64,000 nt of DNA from Acidimicrobiia bacterium (GTDB taxonomy: Bacteria; Actinomycetota; Acidimicrobiia; Spongiisociales; ZC4RG35). The notes beneath the pieces are model-generated. The model saw only the letters and a list, made by a program, of their open reading frames with translations. It was not told where the DNA came from and did not search any database. How positions within the stretch are numbered: the first letter of the stretch is position 1; every line of letters begins with the position of its first letter. A program made the translations under genes and the position numbers. Shown here in pieces: positions 1-9,376 of the stretch. The stretch spans positions 66,623 to 130,622 of the forward strand of contig CBDCRL010000001.1 of assembly GCA_965220995.1 (NCBI GenBank). The letters are read 5' to 3'.

Positions 1-384
1 AGTCGCCAGTTGCTCGGCCTTGCGGGCCGTCCAATCCTCGGGATTGGCCTCCAGGCTTACCTCGGCGCCGGGACGGAGACCGAACCGGGCGTCCAGGAGC
101 GCCAGGATCTCCTCCAACCACATCACCGGCATCCGGGAAGGGGTACCCCCTCCGAAGTTCACCGCCTCCAAGGGCCCCCAGTCGGCCACCGACTCGATCT
201 CGGCCAGCAAGGCTTTTCCGTAACGGTCCGCCAGATGGTCCTGGTCGGCCGCCACCGCGAAGTCGCAGTAGGGACAGACCTGCTCGCAGAAAGGTATGTG
301 GACGTAAACCGAGCGCCAATCCCCGGCCCGGTCGGCCAGATCGGGGTCATCCGGCGCCGGGACCGCCCCCGAGGGCAAAGTCAA
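1..384 (-). CDS. hemW: Radical SAM heme chaperone HemW (HemN-like), 5' part only; runs off the window start
   Basis: Not in the ORF track. Manual translation of the minus strand gives ...[21 protein letters not shown] (CxxxCxxC) and NFGGGTPS. The probable TTG start overlaps the lepA TGA, and lepA-hemW is a conserved order. Confidence 0.88.
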   Translation of the reverse strand, partial: MTLPSGAVPAPDDPDLADRAGDWRSVYVHIPFCEQVCPYCDFAVAADQDHLADRYGKALLAEIESVADWGPLEAVNFGGGTPSRMPVMWLEEILALLDARFGLRPGAEVSLEANPEDWTARKAEQLAT

Positions 385-2207
385 TCCCTCACCCGCAGAG
401 CCGCCACGAATGCCTCCGAGGGAACCTCCACCGATCCCACCATCTTCATCCGCTTCTTGCCTTCTTTCTGACGCTGCAGGAGCTTTTTCTTGCGGGTCAC
501 GTCACCCCCGTAGCACTTGGCGAGAACATCCTTTCTCTTGGCGCGGATCGTCTCACGGGCGATGACCCGGCTTCCGATCGCGGCCTGGATGGGAACGTCG
601 AACAACTGCCGGGGAATCAGTTTCTTGAGCCGCTTCACCATCTCCCGGCCATATTCGTAGGCGCTCTGACGGTGCACAACCGCGGAGAAGGCGTCCACCG
701 GAGAGCCGTTGAGCAGCAGATCCACCTTCACCAGATCCGACCCCCCGTAGCCGTCCGGTTCGTAGTCGAAAGAGGCGAATCCTCTCGTTTTGGACTTGAG
801 GTGGTCGTAGAAGTCAAACACCACCTCGGCCAGGGGAAGACGGCAGGTCAACTCCACCCGCTCGGGACCCAGGTAGTTGATCGGACCCAATTCTCCCCGC
901 CGCGAGGTGAGGATTTCCATCACGGCGCCCAGGTACAGGGGAGGCACCAGGATCAGCGCCTTGATCCAAGGCTCCTCCACCGATGCTTCCCGGCCCGCCC
1001 CCGGAAAGTCGGCGGGCGACCTCACCTCGGTGGGCGGTTCTCCCGGCAGGGTCACCCGATAGGCCACAGACGGGGTGGTGGTGACCAGATCCAGACCATA
1101 TTCTCTTTCCAGGCGTTCCCGCACTATCTCCATGTGCAGCAAACCCAAGAACCCTCCCCGAAACCCAAACCCCAGGGCTTGGGAGAACTCGGGGGAGACC
1201 TGCAGGGAGGCGTCGTTCAGCCGAAGTTTCTCCAGCGCCTCCCGAAGGCGGGGATGATCATCGCCGTCGGTGGGAAAAATCCCGGCGAACACCATGGAGC
1301 GGGGGTCGGTGTAGCCCTGCAGTGGGCGGGCCGCCGGCCGGTGGGCCGAGGTGACCGTGTCCCCCACCCGCACCCGGTCTATCTCCTTGGCGCCGGTGAT
1401 CAGATAACCGACCTCACCGGATTCGAGGGCCTCCACCGGCGCCGAGGCCGGCGTGAGCACCCCCACCTCCGCCGCGTCCCGTTTCTCTCCCGTGGCCATG
1501 AACAGCACTCTTTCTCCGGCCGAAAGGGTCCCTTGCACCACCCGTACGTAGCAGACCACCCCCCGATAGGTGTCGTAGTAGGAATCGAAGATCAGAGCCG
1601 ACAGGGGCAGGTCGGGGTCGCCGGATGGGGGCGGGACCAACTCCACGATCCGTTCGGTGAGTTCCCCAACCCCCTCCCCCGTCTTGGCCGAGACGAACAG
1701 GGTGTCGGCCGGGTCACCGCCCAAGATGGCGGACAGTTCCTCGGCCGCCCGTTCCGGTTCGGCCGAGGGAAGATCGATCTTGTTCACCACCGGTATGATC
1801 TCCAGGCCCGCCTCCACCGCCAGATAGGCGTTGGCCACGGTCTGCGCCTGGACGCCCTGGTTGGCGTCCACCAACAGAAGAGCCCCCTCACAGGCGGCCA
1901 AAGACCGGGAAACCTCGTAGGAGAAGTCCACGTGGCCGGGGGTGTCGATCAGGTTGAGGACATATTGATCGCCATCCGACGCCTGGTAATCCAACCGGAC
2001 CGCCTGCGCCTTGATGGTGATCCCCCGTTCCCGCTCCAAGTCCATGGTGTCCAGCACCTGTTCTCGCATGTCCCGCTGCGACACCGCCCCGGCCGATTCC
2101 AGCAAACGGTCGGCCAGGGTGGATTTACCGTGGTCGATGTGAGCGACGATGCAGAAGTTCCTGATCAGGGAACGGGAAGGCAAGCTGTGTGACCTGGTTT
2201 GGGACAA
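381..2207 (-). CDS. lepA: Translation elongation factor 4 (LepA)
   Basis: [39 protein letters not shown] and NKID motifs; C-terminal [13 protein letters not shown]. Confidence 0.98.
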   Translation of the reverse strand: MSQTRSHSLPSRSLIRNFCIVAHIDHGKSTLADRLLESAGAVSQRDMREQVLDTMDLERERGITIKAQAVRLDYQASDGDQYVLNLIDTPGHVDFSYEVSRSLAACEGALLLVDANQGVQAQTVANAYLAVEAGLEIIPVVNKIDLPSAEPERAAEELSAILGGDPADTLFVSAKTGEGVGELTERIVELVPPPSGDPDLPLSALIFDSYYDTYRGVVCYVRVVQGTLSAGERVLFMATGEKRDAAEVGVLTPASAPVEALESGEVGYLITGAKEIDRVRVGDTVTSAHRPAARPLQGYTDPRSMVFAGIFPTDGDDHPRLREALEKLRLNDASLQVSPEFSQALGFGFRGGFLGLLHMEIVRERLEREYGLDLVTTTPSVAYRVTLPGEPPTEVRSPADFPGAGREASVEEPWIKALILVPPLYLGAVMEILTSRRGELGPINYLGPERVELTCRLPLAEVVFDFYDHLKSKTRGFASFDYEPDGYGGSDLVKVDLLLNGSPVDAFSAVVHRQSAYEYGREMVKRLKKLIPRQLFDVPIQAAIGSRVIARETIRAKRKDVLAKCYGGDVTRKKKLLQRQKEGKKRMKMVGSVEVPSEAFVAALRVRD

Positions 2208-2446
2208 GAGTTTCGGGGCCTCATTTTACCCCGGGCCGAAGATCGGAGGGCCATGGGGTGAACGGGGCCGGATCGGGGAGGTACCCCGCCGGGTCGAATG
2301 CGCGGGAGATTCGCCACTCGCGCAAGGAGACAAACCGGTGGATGCTCGGAGCAAGTTGCCCCACCGGCGGACTCCGGTTACAATGATGCCGCGGCTCGTG
2401 GTCTGTGAGACCACCGCCCGGCCCATTCCGGAAAGTTCACCTGCAC

Positions 2447-2707
2447 ATGGCCAACATCAAATCCCAAAAGAAACGAAACCGCCAGAACGAGCGTCGGCGA
2501 ATGGCCAACAAGAGTGTCCGTTCGGAGATGAAGACTCGTATCAAGAACGCCCTGGACGCCGCCCGGGCCGGGGCGCCGGACGCCGAGTCCCAGCTGCGCA
2601 TGGCCCAAAAACGCATCGACTCGGCCTGCTCCCGGGGAGTGATCCACCCCAACAAGGCGGCTCGGCTCAAGTCGCAGTTGCACCGGGCAGTGGCGGCCGG
2701 CGAATAG
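2447..2707 (+). CDS. rpsT: 30S ribosomal protein S20
   Basis: MANIKSQKKRNRQNERRR...GVIHPNKAARLKS. True start is the ATG at 2447, inside track ORF 2405..2707. Confidence 0.97.
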   Translation: MANIKSQKKRNRQNERRRMANKSVRSEMKTRIKNALDAARAGAPDAESQLRMAQKRIDSACSRGVIHPNKAARLKSQLHRAVAAGE

Positions 2708-2732
2708 TCAACCGCCGGCTTTCGGGAAAACC

Positions 2733-3905
2733 CTACCGCCGAAAACCCGACTTGCGACGCCCTGAACAGAACGCCGGGTAAAGGTCGCACAGTTCCGCCA
2801 CGGTTCTTTCCAACACGGATTGGTGAAGCGGGGCCGGAAACAGTTTCAGGGTGCGATCGGCCGTCACCACCAGAGACAGCGCCTTCTGCGCGGCCTGCAG
2901 TTGATTGGGGCGGCTGACGGAATTGAACGGCTTTCTCTGGTTCCAAATGCGATCGTGGCGCTTCTGGCCCGACCGGACCCGACCCTGGGCGCCGGAACGC
3001 AACTTGCTCTCCGACTGGTTGTCCAACGGACCGGCCGCGCTCTCCAGCATCCGGGAAAACACGTTCCCTTCCTCCATTTGCCGGAAATGCTCCCGATCGG
3101 AGGCCCCGGACGCCAGGAGACGCAGCCGCAGGTCGGACTCCAGCGTTCCCAAAAGGATGTAGGGACGACCATCAGACGGTCTGGCATTGGCCAGATAATC
3201 GCCCAGGCGCCGTAACCCCGCGCTCCGGTTTCCGGCCACAATTTCGTCCAGGATGCGAAACACCGGTTGGTCGGGCCGGTTGCGAAATCGCTCCATGATC
3301 ATGCCGGCGGTTATCGGACGGTTTTCCCCCTGGAGTTGCTGCAGGGCTCTTTCGAGGGCCGCCCGGTCGGTTCCGAACCGTTGCACCAGAGCCGAGCGGG
3401 CTTCGTAGCCCATCCGCAGACCCTTCGATTTGATCTGCCCGTTCAGCCAACCGTGCACCTGGTTCTCCCATAGCGGACGAACCGATTGCACCTTGCCGGT
3501 CTTTTTGATCAGGGCGGGCAGGGGAGCCGGCAACCGACGCTGGGCAACCATCGCCACCGCCACCGCCGAGGGGTCGATGGTCGAGAGCAAGTCGGCCAAT
3601 GCCTTGGCTTCGGCCGCCAACAGAAAATTGGCGTCCACCAGCAGCACACCCTGCTTCTGCCCGAACAGGCTTGATGATTGAAGGAGCGGGACTATCCCAC
3701 TCAACTCGGACCGAAAAACCCCCTGCTGTTCGGGGGCGCCCAACGAAGCACCGCCCCCGCCCCGGGTGGGCGGCACGTCGACCCGGACGATCTGATCCAC
3801 CTCCACCCCCGTTTTGCGAAGATGACGGCGCCCCGCCGAAAGCGCCTCCTCCCGTTCTCCGGGGCCGCCCCGATCGGCAATTATCACCGCCAGCACCTCG
3901 CCCAT
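2733..3905 (-). CDS. holA: DNA polymerase III delta subunit (HolA-like)
   Basis: SLFG...GVLLVDA, WLNGQIKSKGLRM..EARSALVQRFGTDRAALERALQQL and VFRILDEI clamp-loader-like pattern; convergent with rpsT and downstream of comE genes, as in the conserved neighbourhood. Start approximate. Confidence 0.8.
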   Translation of the reverse strand: MGEVLAVIIADRGGPGEREEALSAGRRHLRKTGVEVDQIVRVDVPPTRGGGGASLGAPEQQGVFRSELSGIVPLLQSSSLFGQKQGVLLVDANFLLAAEAKALADLLSTIDPSAVAVAMVAQRRLPAPLPALIKKTGKVQSVRPLWENQVHGWLNGQIKSKGLRMGYEARSALVQRFGTDRAALERALQQLQGENRPITAGMIMERFRNRPDQPVFRILDEIVAGNRSAGLRRLGDYLANARPSDGRPYILLGTLESDLRLRLLASGASDREHFRQMEEGNVFSRMLESAAGPLDNQSESKLRSGAQGRVRSGQKRHDRIWNQRKPFNSVSRPNQLQAAQKALSLVVTADRTLKLFPAPLHQSVLERTVAELCDLYPAFCSGRRKSGFRR

Positions 3906-4012
3906 CGATCTCACGGTAGCAAGCCCGACCCTCGGACCACCGCCATGGTGGGCCCCGGCTCAACGGACCGGAGCGCCGATCAATCCCCGGCCGGGGCGTT
4001 CACCGGGCCGGA

Positions 4013-4393
4013 TCAGGGAGAACAGACCCTGAGCAGACTGTGTGCCTTCAGAGCGCCCCACCCCTCGAAACGACGGGCGGCGGTGACCTGGACCGGGTTC
4101 AGCCCCGTCCACAGTTCCGGCGCCCAGTCACCGGTGAGGGTTACCTGCAAATCCGACCCGGCGACACAGGCCGCCAGATGGCGATCACGGGCCAGTTCCG
4201 AAAGAGCGGCCCCACACTCGGCGCGGGGATCATCAGGTTCCTCCAGCTCACATGTCACCAGCCGCTCCGCTGTACGAACCGCTCGGGCTTCCAGCCTTAT
4301 GATCTCCTGCTCGAACCGGGCGTAATCGGACAGCAAGAGAGTGAAGAGCGTGGCCATGAACACCAACGCCAGGGCCAAGAGCGCCGTGCTCAT
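4013..4393 (-). CDS. TadE/TadG-like pseudopilin
   Basis: N-terminal hydrophobic helix, then EARAVRTAERL and a Cys-containing small domain. The ATG at 4393 overlaps the upstream TGA (ATGA). Confidence 0.55.
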   Translation of the reverse strand: MSTALLALALVFMATLFTLLLSDYARFEQEIIRLEARAVRTAERLVTCELEEPDDPRAECGAALSELARDRHLAACVAGSDLQVTLTGDWAPELWTGLNPVQVTAARRFEGWGALKAHSLLRVCSP

Positions 4394-4761
4394 CCGGTCG
4401 GCAACCAGGCCAGCCCGCGTGCGGACCGCGGATGAGCGGCGTCCGGATCGCAGATGACCTCCACCGCCACCTGTCCACTGCGCCACTGCCCGGATCCGGA
4501 GGCGGGGAGCATCTTCACCTTGGGTCCTTCACATACTCCGAACAGGGCTCTTCGGGCCGCGGCGCCGGCCCGTTCCTCAGCCTCCCGCTGCCGGGCCGCC
4601 GCCGCCCCCGGATGCAGATGGGAGGCGGCCACCGAAGCCGCCTCCTGCGCCGCGTAGCGAATCGACCCCTGTTTGGTCTCCTGCCCGGCCAGCAGGCTCA
4701 TCAGCAGCATCATGGTCACCACCAGATTGAGGGCCAAGAGTCCCGCCACCGCCTCGTCCAT
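4390..4761 (-). CDS. TadE-like pseudopilin
   Basis: TM helix followed by RYAAQEAASVAAS (TadE-type amphipathic helix) and GQVAVEVIC beta strand; located in a tad operon. Confidence 0.65.
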   Translation of the reverse strand: MDEAVAGLLALNLVVTMMLLMSLLAGQETKQGSIRYAAQEAASVAASHLHPGAAAARQREAEERAGAAARRALFGVCEGPKVKMLPASGSGQWRSGQVAVEVICDPDAAHPRSARGLAWLPTG

Positions 4762-4764
4762 GAA

Positions 4765-5208
4765 TCAGGTCACGTTCAAAGTACGGCAGGGTGGAGGGAG
4801 GGTGAGAACATTGTGCACCGTCTCGGCGCAACTCACGGCCCCGGCCGACAGGGCCGCCCACACTCCCTTCACCCTGGCCACCACTCTCACGACCACCGCG
4901 CACCCGTCATCCAGCCCTGTTTCCACATCCGCCGGCGCCACTCTCCCAAAGGACTGCACCCGGCTCACCGCCACCGAAGAAGCCAGTTCTTCCGCCTTCG
5001 GCCACCAGTCTTCATCCATCTCACACCTCCAAGGCCGGAGAGGATCGGCGCCCGCCTCGGTCAGGAACCTGGCCACCGAAGTGGCCGCCGCCCAGGCCGA
5101 AGCGGCCGCCGCGATCCGGGCGGCCTGGTGGTAGAACAGACTGACCATCATCCCGCTTGAGATCAGCAGCAGGCCCGCCACCTTGAGCCAGACGAGCGGG
5201 TACTCCAT
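4765..5208 (-). CDS. TadE-like pseudopilin
   Basis: MEYP + TM helix + AARIAAAASAWAAATSVA; C-terminal AVVVRVVARV..GAVSCA. Confidence 0.65.
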   Translation of the reverse strand: MEYPLVWLKVAGLLLISSGMMVSLFYHQAARIAAAASAWAAATSVARFLTEAGADPLRPWRCEMDEDWWPKAEELASSVAVSRVQSFGRVAPADVETGLDDGCAVVVRVVARVKGVWAALSAGAVSCAETVHNVLTLPPPCRTLNVT

Positions 5209-5230
5209 CAGACCCCCGGGAGTCCCCCGC

Positions 5231-5428
5231 CTAGCCGCATTTGTCGGCGGACCAGCTGTGACCGAGCGCTTCGCAGACCACCTGGTTGGTAATCAGAGCC
5301 GGATCCACGTCGCCGGGACTGCCGCTGGGGGCGCTCTGATTGAAGAGGTCCCATGCCACCGCCACCAGGGCCAGGACCATTGCCATCGCGGCGGCCAACA
5401 CTGCGATTCTTACTATCGGGCTTTCCAT
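5231..5428 (-). CDS. Putative Flp-like major pilin (65 aa)
   Basis: Small single-TM protein directly after tadC, with a strong AGGAG RBS and a C-terminal Cys pair; no canonical G|xxxxEY motif. Confidence 0.55.
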   Translation of the reverse strand: MESPIVRIAVLAAAMAMVLALVAVAWDLFNQSAPSGSPGDVDPALITNQVVCEALGHSWSADKCG

Positions 5429-5468
5429 TGCCTTCTCCTTTCTTCGGTTTTCCTTGCGAATGCCAAGA

Positions 5469-6191
5469 TCAATAGATGACAGTGAAAACCACGGCGGTCA
5501 TGACCAGACCGGTGGTAATCAGGGTGACGACCGTGCTCACCAAGGCAACCGACCGCGCCTTTTGCTCGATCCGCTCGTTCTTTCTTGCCGACAGAACCCG
5601 CACCGACCTGTCCAGGACCCGGTCCAGGAGCGCGATGGATGCTGCTCCGGACCGCTCGGCCTCGGCCAGGGTGGACACCAGTGGCTCCACGGCGGAACCC
5701 GCCAGGCGGTCGCTCACCGCGGCCAGGGGATCCCGGGAATGGGCCAGGGCCTGACTCACGGCGGTCCTGATCGGACCGAAGGCTGCGTCCGGCACTCTTT
5801 CTGCGGCCCCGAGCACCGCCGCCGCGATGGGCTGGCCGGCGCCCACGTAGAGTCGCACTCGGCGTAACCAGGAAAGCAGGGCCTGATCCCGGGCAAACCG
5901 AAACGACGCCGCCACCGCCCAACGGAAGAGGCGCCCGGTGAGCCGCGGCAGCCAAACCGCCACCGCCAAACCGATCACCACCGCCGCCCGGATCCCGAAC
6001 AGCGAGGCGGCCAGCGCAAAAATCCCGGCGGTCGCCGACAAGGTCACCACCCCGGAGACCAGGCCCAACCGAAGCGGCGTCCATCCCATGGCCGCCGTTT
6101 CCTCGGCCCTCGACCAGGGTTGGGCGTCCCGCAGCACCAATTCTGTGGCTCCCAGCGCCCCCACCAAAGCCGCGGCGATTGCCTCGGTCAT
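5469..6191 (-). CDS. TadC-like type II secretion system F family platform protein
   Basis: LRRVRLYVGAGQPIAAA, LAEAERSGA..LDRVLD and ERIEQKARS followed by a TM helix. Start set at ATG 6191 (ATGA overlap with tadB). Confidence 0.8.
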   Translation of the reverse strand: MTEAIAAALVGALGATELVLRDAQPWSRAEETAAMGWTPLRLGLVSGVVTLSATAGIFALAASLFGIRAAVVIGLAVAVWLPRLTGRLFRWAVAASFRFARDQALLSWLRRVRLYVGAGQPIAAAVLGAAERVPDAAFGPIRTAVSQALAHSRDPLAAVSDRLAGSAVEPLVSTLAEAERSGAASIALLDRVLDRSVRVLSARKNERIEQKARSVALVSTVVTLITTGLVMTAVVFTVIY

Positions 6192-6994
6192 CGAAGCATG
6201 CCCCGCACCGAGGACAACATTCGACCCACCAGCAGCGCGGTCAGCCCGGTTGCCACCGCCACCGCCACCTGGCCTTGTGGCGCCAGCAGCCATCGCCCGA
6301 CCTCGGACGACATCCATCCCAGTCCGGTCACGATGCCCACCGACAGGATCATCACCGCCACCAGAGTGGGCAGCTGTGAACCCACCCTGCGGAGCAGATA
6401 TCGAAGAAGCTCAGCCTCCTCCCCGGCCTCGGCTTCGAATATGTGAGCCACATCCATCCACCGTCCGCCCCCGGCCGAACTGATGTCGACAATGTCACCC
6501 AGCCAATCAGCCGACGGGATCCCCAGATTCCGTTTGAACCGAGCCGTGGCCGCTTCCACCCCGATGATCTCACAATCAGCGCCCATTTGAAGGGTGGCGG
6601 TCCTAACCCGTCCTGCAACCAGGGGGGCGGCGTTGCGGACCGCATCAATCACCGTGGTGGCGGCGGTGGCCTGATTGGCCAGTACGGTCGCCAGGGAGGA
6701 AACGGATTCGGCCAGGTCGGCGGCCCTTTTGACTTCTTGTCCGGTGATCCAGGCGCTCAAACACAGCCCGGTCACCAGTCCCAGCGAAGCGGCGATCCCC
6801 CACGCGCCCAGCCACATCCACGCCACCAGCGCCACCAGCACCGGCCAAAACCCCAGTCGGACCAGGCGGACTCCGGCCCGCCGCCCACCCTCCGCCCTGT
6901 CGAGGGCCGGGACCGCGCCGGTGCGGGGCTCCGCAAACAGCAACCCGAGCAGGGCAAGCCCTCCCACCGACACGATCAGAGGCGCCGGAGTCAC
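6188..6994 (-). CDS. TadB-like type II secretion system F family platform protein
   Basis: LAESVSSLATVL...SAGGGRW..V plus multiple TM helices. GTG at 6994 overlaps the tadA TGA (GTGA). Confidence 0.8.
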   Translation of the reverse strand: MTPAPLIVSVGGLALLGLLFAEPRTGAVPALDRAEGGRRAGVRLVRLGFWPVLVALVAWMWLGAWGIAASLGLVTGLCLSAWITGQEVKRAADLAESVSSLATVLANQATAATTVIDAVRNAAPLVAGRVRTATLQMGADCEIIGVEAATARFKRNLGIPSADWLGDIVDISSAGGGRWMDVAHIFEAEAGEEAELLRYLLRRVGSQLPTLVAVMILSVGIVTGLGWMSSEVGRWLLAPQGQVAVAVATGLTALLVGRMLSSVRGMLR

Positions 6995-8532
6995 AGTCTC
7001 ACTCCCGCCGCTTCGTAGAGCTCTCCCAGTCTTCCCTCGGGCGGTCCGCCCACCGGTGTGGCCCACCGGTCCCCCGGGCGGCAGGACCACCTCGGCCTCG
7101 TTTCAATCAACGAGGTGCTCTCATTGATCCCCACCAACTCCGTCACGTCACCCACCACCCGCTCCCCATGGGTATTGCGCCCCAGCCACACCAGCAGGTG
7201 CACCGCGGAGGCGATCTGCCGGCGGGCGTATTCGGCGTCGGCGCCTTCCACCACCGCGTAGGCGACCAGTTTCTCGATCACGGCTGTTCCGGGCCGGGAG
7301 TGGACCGTGACCAGGCACCCGTCCAGTCCCGACGACATGGCGTCCAGCAAGGCCAGGGTGCCTTCGCCCCGCACCTCCCCCACCACCAGCTTGGAGGTGT
7401 TGGCCCGCTTGGCGTCCCGGATGTGATCCGCCATGGAGTGCTTGCCGAAGCCGTCGTTGTTGGCGTCCCGCGTCAGCCGCTCATAGGTGTTGGGATGGAT
7501 GCCGTGCGCCGCCAACCGCAACTCCGGGGTGTCCTCGATGGTGTCGACCCGCTCCAACTCCGGCACGTCGGCCAAGAGCGCCTGGCACAGGGTGGTCTTG
7601 CCGCCTCCCATGGTGCTGGCGATCACCAGATTGGCCCGGACCCTTCCCGACACCGATTCCTGCAGCAGGGCCTTGAGTCGCTGGTCGGCCACACTCAACT
7701 CCTCCAACCCGGTTCGCCCTCGATTGAACCGAAGCACCATGTTGGGGGGAGAAGTGACATAGGCCTCGGCATGCAGCCGCCACCGACCCGATATCTGGAT
7801 GTCCAGGCGAGGATCCAACTGGTCGAACCGCTGGGGATGGTCACCCCCGTAGGCCGCCAGGAACTTGATGGCGTCGATCAGTTCCTCCTCGGTCCCGAAG
7901 GGCGAAAGTCGTTTCTCCCTGGTCCCGTCGGCAAACAGCGCATACATGGCATCCGCTCCCCGGATTTGAAACTCCTCCACCCCCTCCTCCTTCAGCAGAT
8001 CCCGCACCTGGTCCAGGGCCGTTTCCGCCGCCACCTCCCGCCGCAATGTGCCGTCCAGTCGGGCCAACCGATGGGGAGCGGCCGCCGCCTCCGCCGCCCA
8101 GCGCCCGACCTTGCCCAACGACTTCTGTCCCGCCTTGGTGACCATCGGCGACACCGTCCTGACCCATTCCGCCGCCAGGGACATCCCGATCGCCCGTCCG
8201 TCGGTCGCCTGATCGGACACCACCACCAGACCGACAGGCACCGTGGAAGCCTCACCCGTTTGAAGTCCCAATTTCTCTCGTATGGCGCCGGGCCGTCCCG
8301 TGGTCACCACCATCACTGCCGCGGCGGCGGAGGCCGCGGCCTGGAGAAACTGCTCCGGTTCATCGTCAAACATGGCCAACAGGGCCCCCGGGGCGCCCCA
8401 GACATCACCGTCCGACAAGGCGCCGGCCAGCACAACCCCTCGGAGCCTCCGATCCACGCTCCATTTGACCGCCGCCTTCATCCAGGCCGCCGGCTCACCC
8501 CGAAGTTCCCGTTCGAACACGATCAACAGCAC
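6991..8532 (-). CDS. CpaF/TadA (VirB11 family) pilus assembly ATPase with a long N-terminal extension
   Basis: Walker A STMGGGKTT, Asp box TIEDTPEL, Walker B LVVGEVRG and His box TVHS. Confidence 0.9.
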   Translation of the reverse strand: MLLIVFERELRGEPAAWMKAAVKWSVDRRLRGVVLAGALSDGDVWGAPGALLAMFDDEPEQFLQAAASAAAAVMVVTTGRPGAIREKLGLQTGEASTVPVGLVVVSDQATDGRAIGMSLAAEWVRTVSPMVTKAGQKSLGKVGRWAAEAAAAPHRLARLDGTLRREVAAETALDQVRDLLKEEGVEEFQIRGADAMYALFADGTREKRLSPFGTEEELIDAIKFLAAYGGDHPQRFDQLDPRLDIQISGRWRLHAEAYVTSPPNMVLRFNRGRTGLEELSVADQRLKALLQESVSGRVRANLVIASTMGGGKTTLCQALLADVPELERVDTIEDTPELRLAAHGIHPNTYERLTRDANNDGFGKHSMADHIRDAKRANTSKLVVGEVRGEGTLALLDAMSSGLDGCLVTVHSRPGTAVIEKLVAYAVVEGADAEYARRQIASAVHLLVWLGRNTHGERVVGDVTELVGINESTSLIETRPRWSCRPGDRWATPVGGPPEGRLGELYEAAGVRL

Positions 8533-8533
8533 T

Positions 8534-9376
8534 TCAACACGGTTCCCAACCGGAGGCGGGCGCCTCCCACATCACCAGGCCCTCGGCCGCCGAGAGCGAT
8601 TCCGCCGACCTTCGATTGACCACCACGGTGACCGCCTGCTCATCCACCGCCAACAACTCCATCACCCCCAGAGCGCAACCACCCAACTCCACCGCAAACA
8701 CCGCCCGATCCCCCGGCCTCGGACCCGGCGAAGGCCACAACGACCGATCCACCTCCAACCGCAACAAGGTCTCATCGGGGTCGACCAACTCCCCTTCCAG
8801 GAGGGTCGGACAGGGCTCCCATCCGGCATCCGGCGATTCCCAGACCACCAGTCCCGCCACTTCCGAAAGCATCTCGGTGGACTTCCGATCCACCATCACC
8901 GTCACCGCCTGCTCATCCACCGCCAACAACTCCATCACCCCCAGAGCGCAACCACCCAACTCCACCGCAAACACCGCCCGATCCCCCGGCCTCGGACCCG
9001 GCGAAGGCCACAACGACCGATCCACCTCCAACCGCAACGAGGTCATCTCGGATCCGGTTCCCCGGGCGGAGGGTTCACCGAGGACGGCGGACGGCACCAC
9101 CACTCCCTCGGGGAGGAACACCGAGGAAACCATCCCCGCCTCCAAATGATCGGGCAATCCGAACAGACCGCTCAAGGACTCGGGCACCAACACCTCATAG
9201 AACAAGCCGGTCGTTCCGGCCGGCCAAGGCTCGGCCGTGAGCAGCACCGCTACCTCATCCTCCACCGGCCGGCGACCCAGGAACCAGACGGACGCCACGC
9301 AAACCGTCACTATGGCCAGCGCTCCGATCAGCCTCAGTATCGAAAAGGACCGCGTCACCATCCTGTGACGGGGCAT
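8534..9376 (-). CDS. SAF/CpaB(RcpC)-like pilus assembly protein with an internally duplicated C-terminal domain
   Basis: TM helix, then VLLTAEPWPAG (SAF-like start), immediately upstream of cpaF; two copies of a ~76-aa unit. Confidence 0.55.
   Translation of the reverse strand: MPRHRMVTRSFSILRLIGALAIVTVCVASVWFLGRRPVEDEVAVLLTAEPWPAGTTGLFYEVLVPESLSGLFGLPDHLEAGMVSSVFLPEGVVVPSAVLGEPSARGTGSEMTSLRLEVDRSLWPSPGPRPGDRAVFAVELGGCALGVMELLAVDEQAVTVMVDRKSTEMLSEVAGLVVWESPDAGWEPCPTLLEGELVDPDETLLRLEVDRSLWPSPGPRPGDRAVFAVELGGCALGVMELLAVDEQAVTVVVNRRSAESLSAAEGLVMWEAPASGWEPC
8631..9038. repeat. Direct repeat: two identical 135-bp blocks (8631-8765 and 8904-9038), period 273 bp
   Basis: Base-by-base comparison shows identity from accgcctgct to ccgcaac in both copies; the flanks are diverged. 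Confidence 0.9.
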
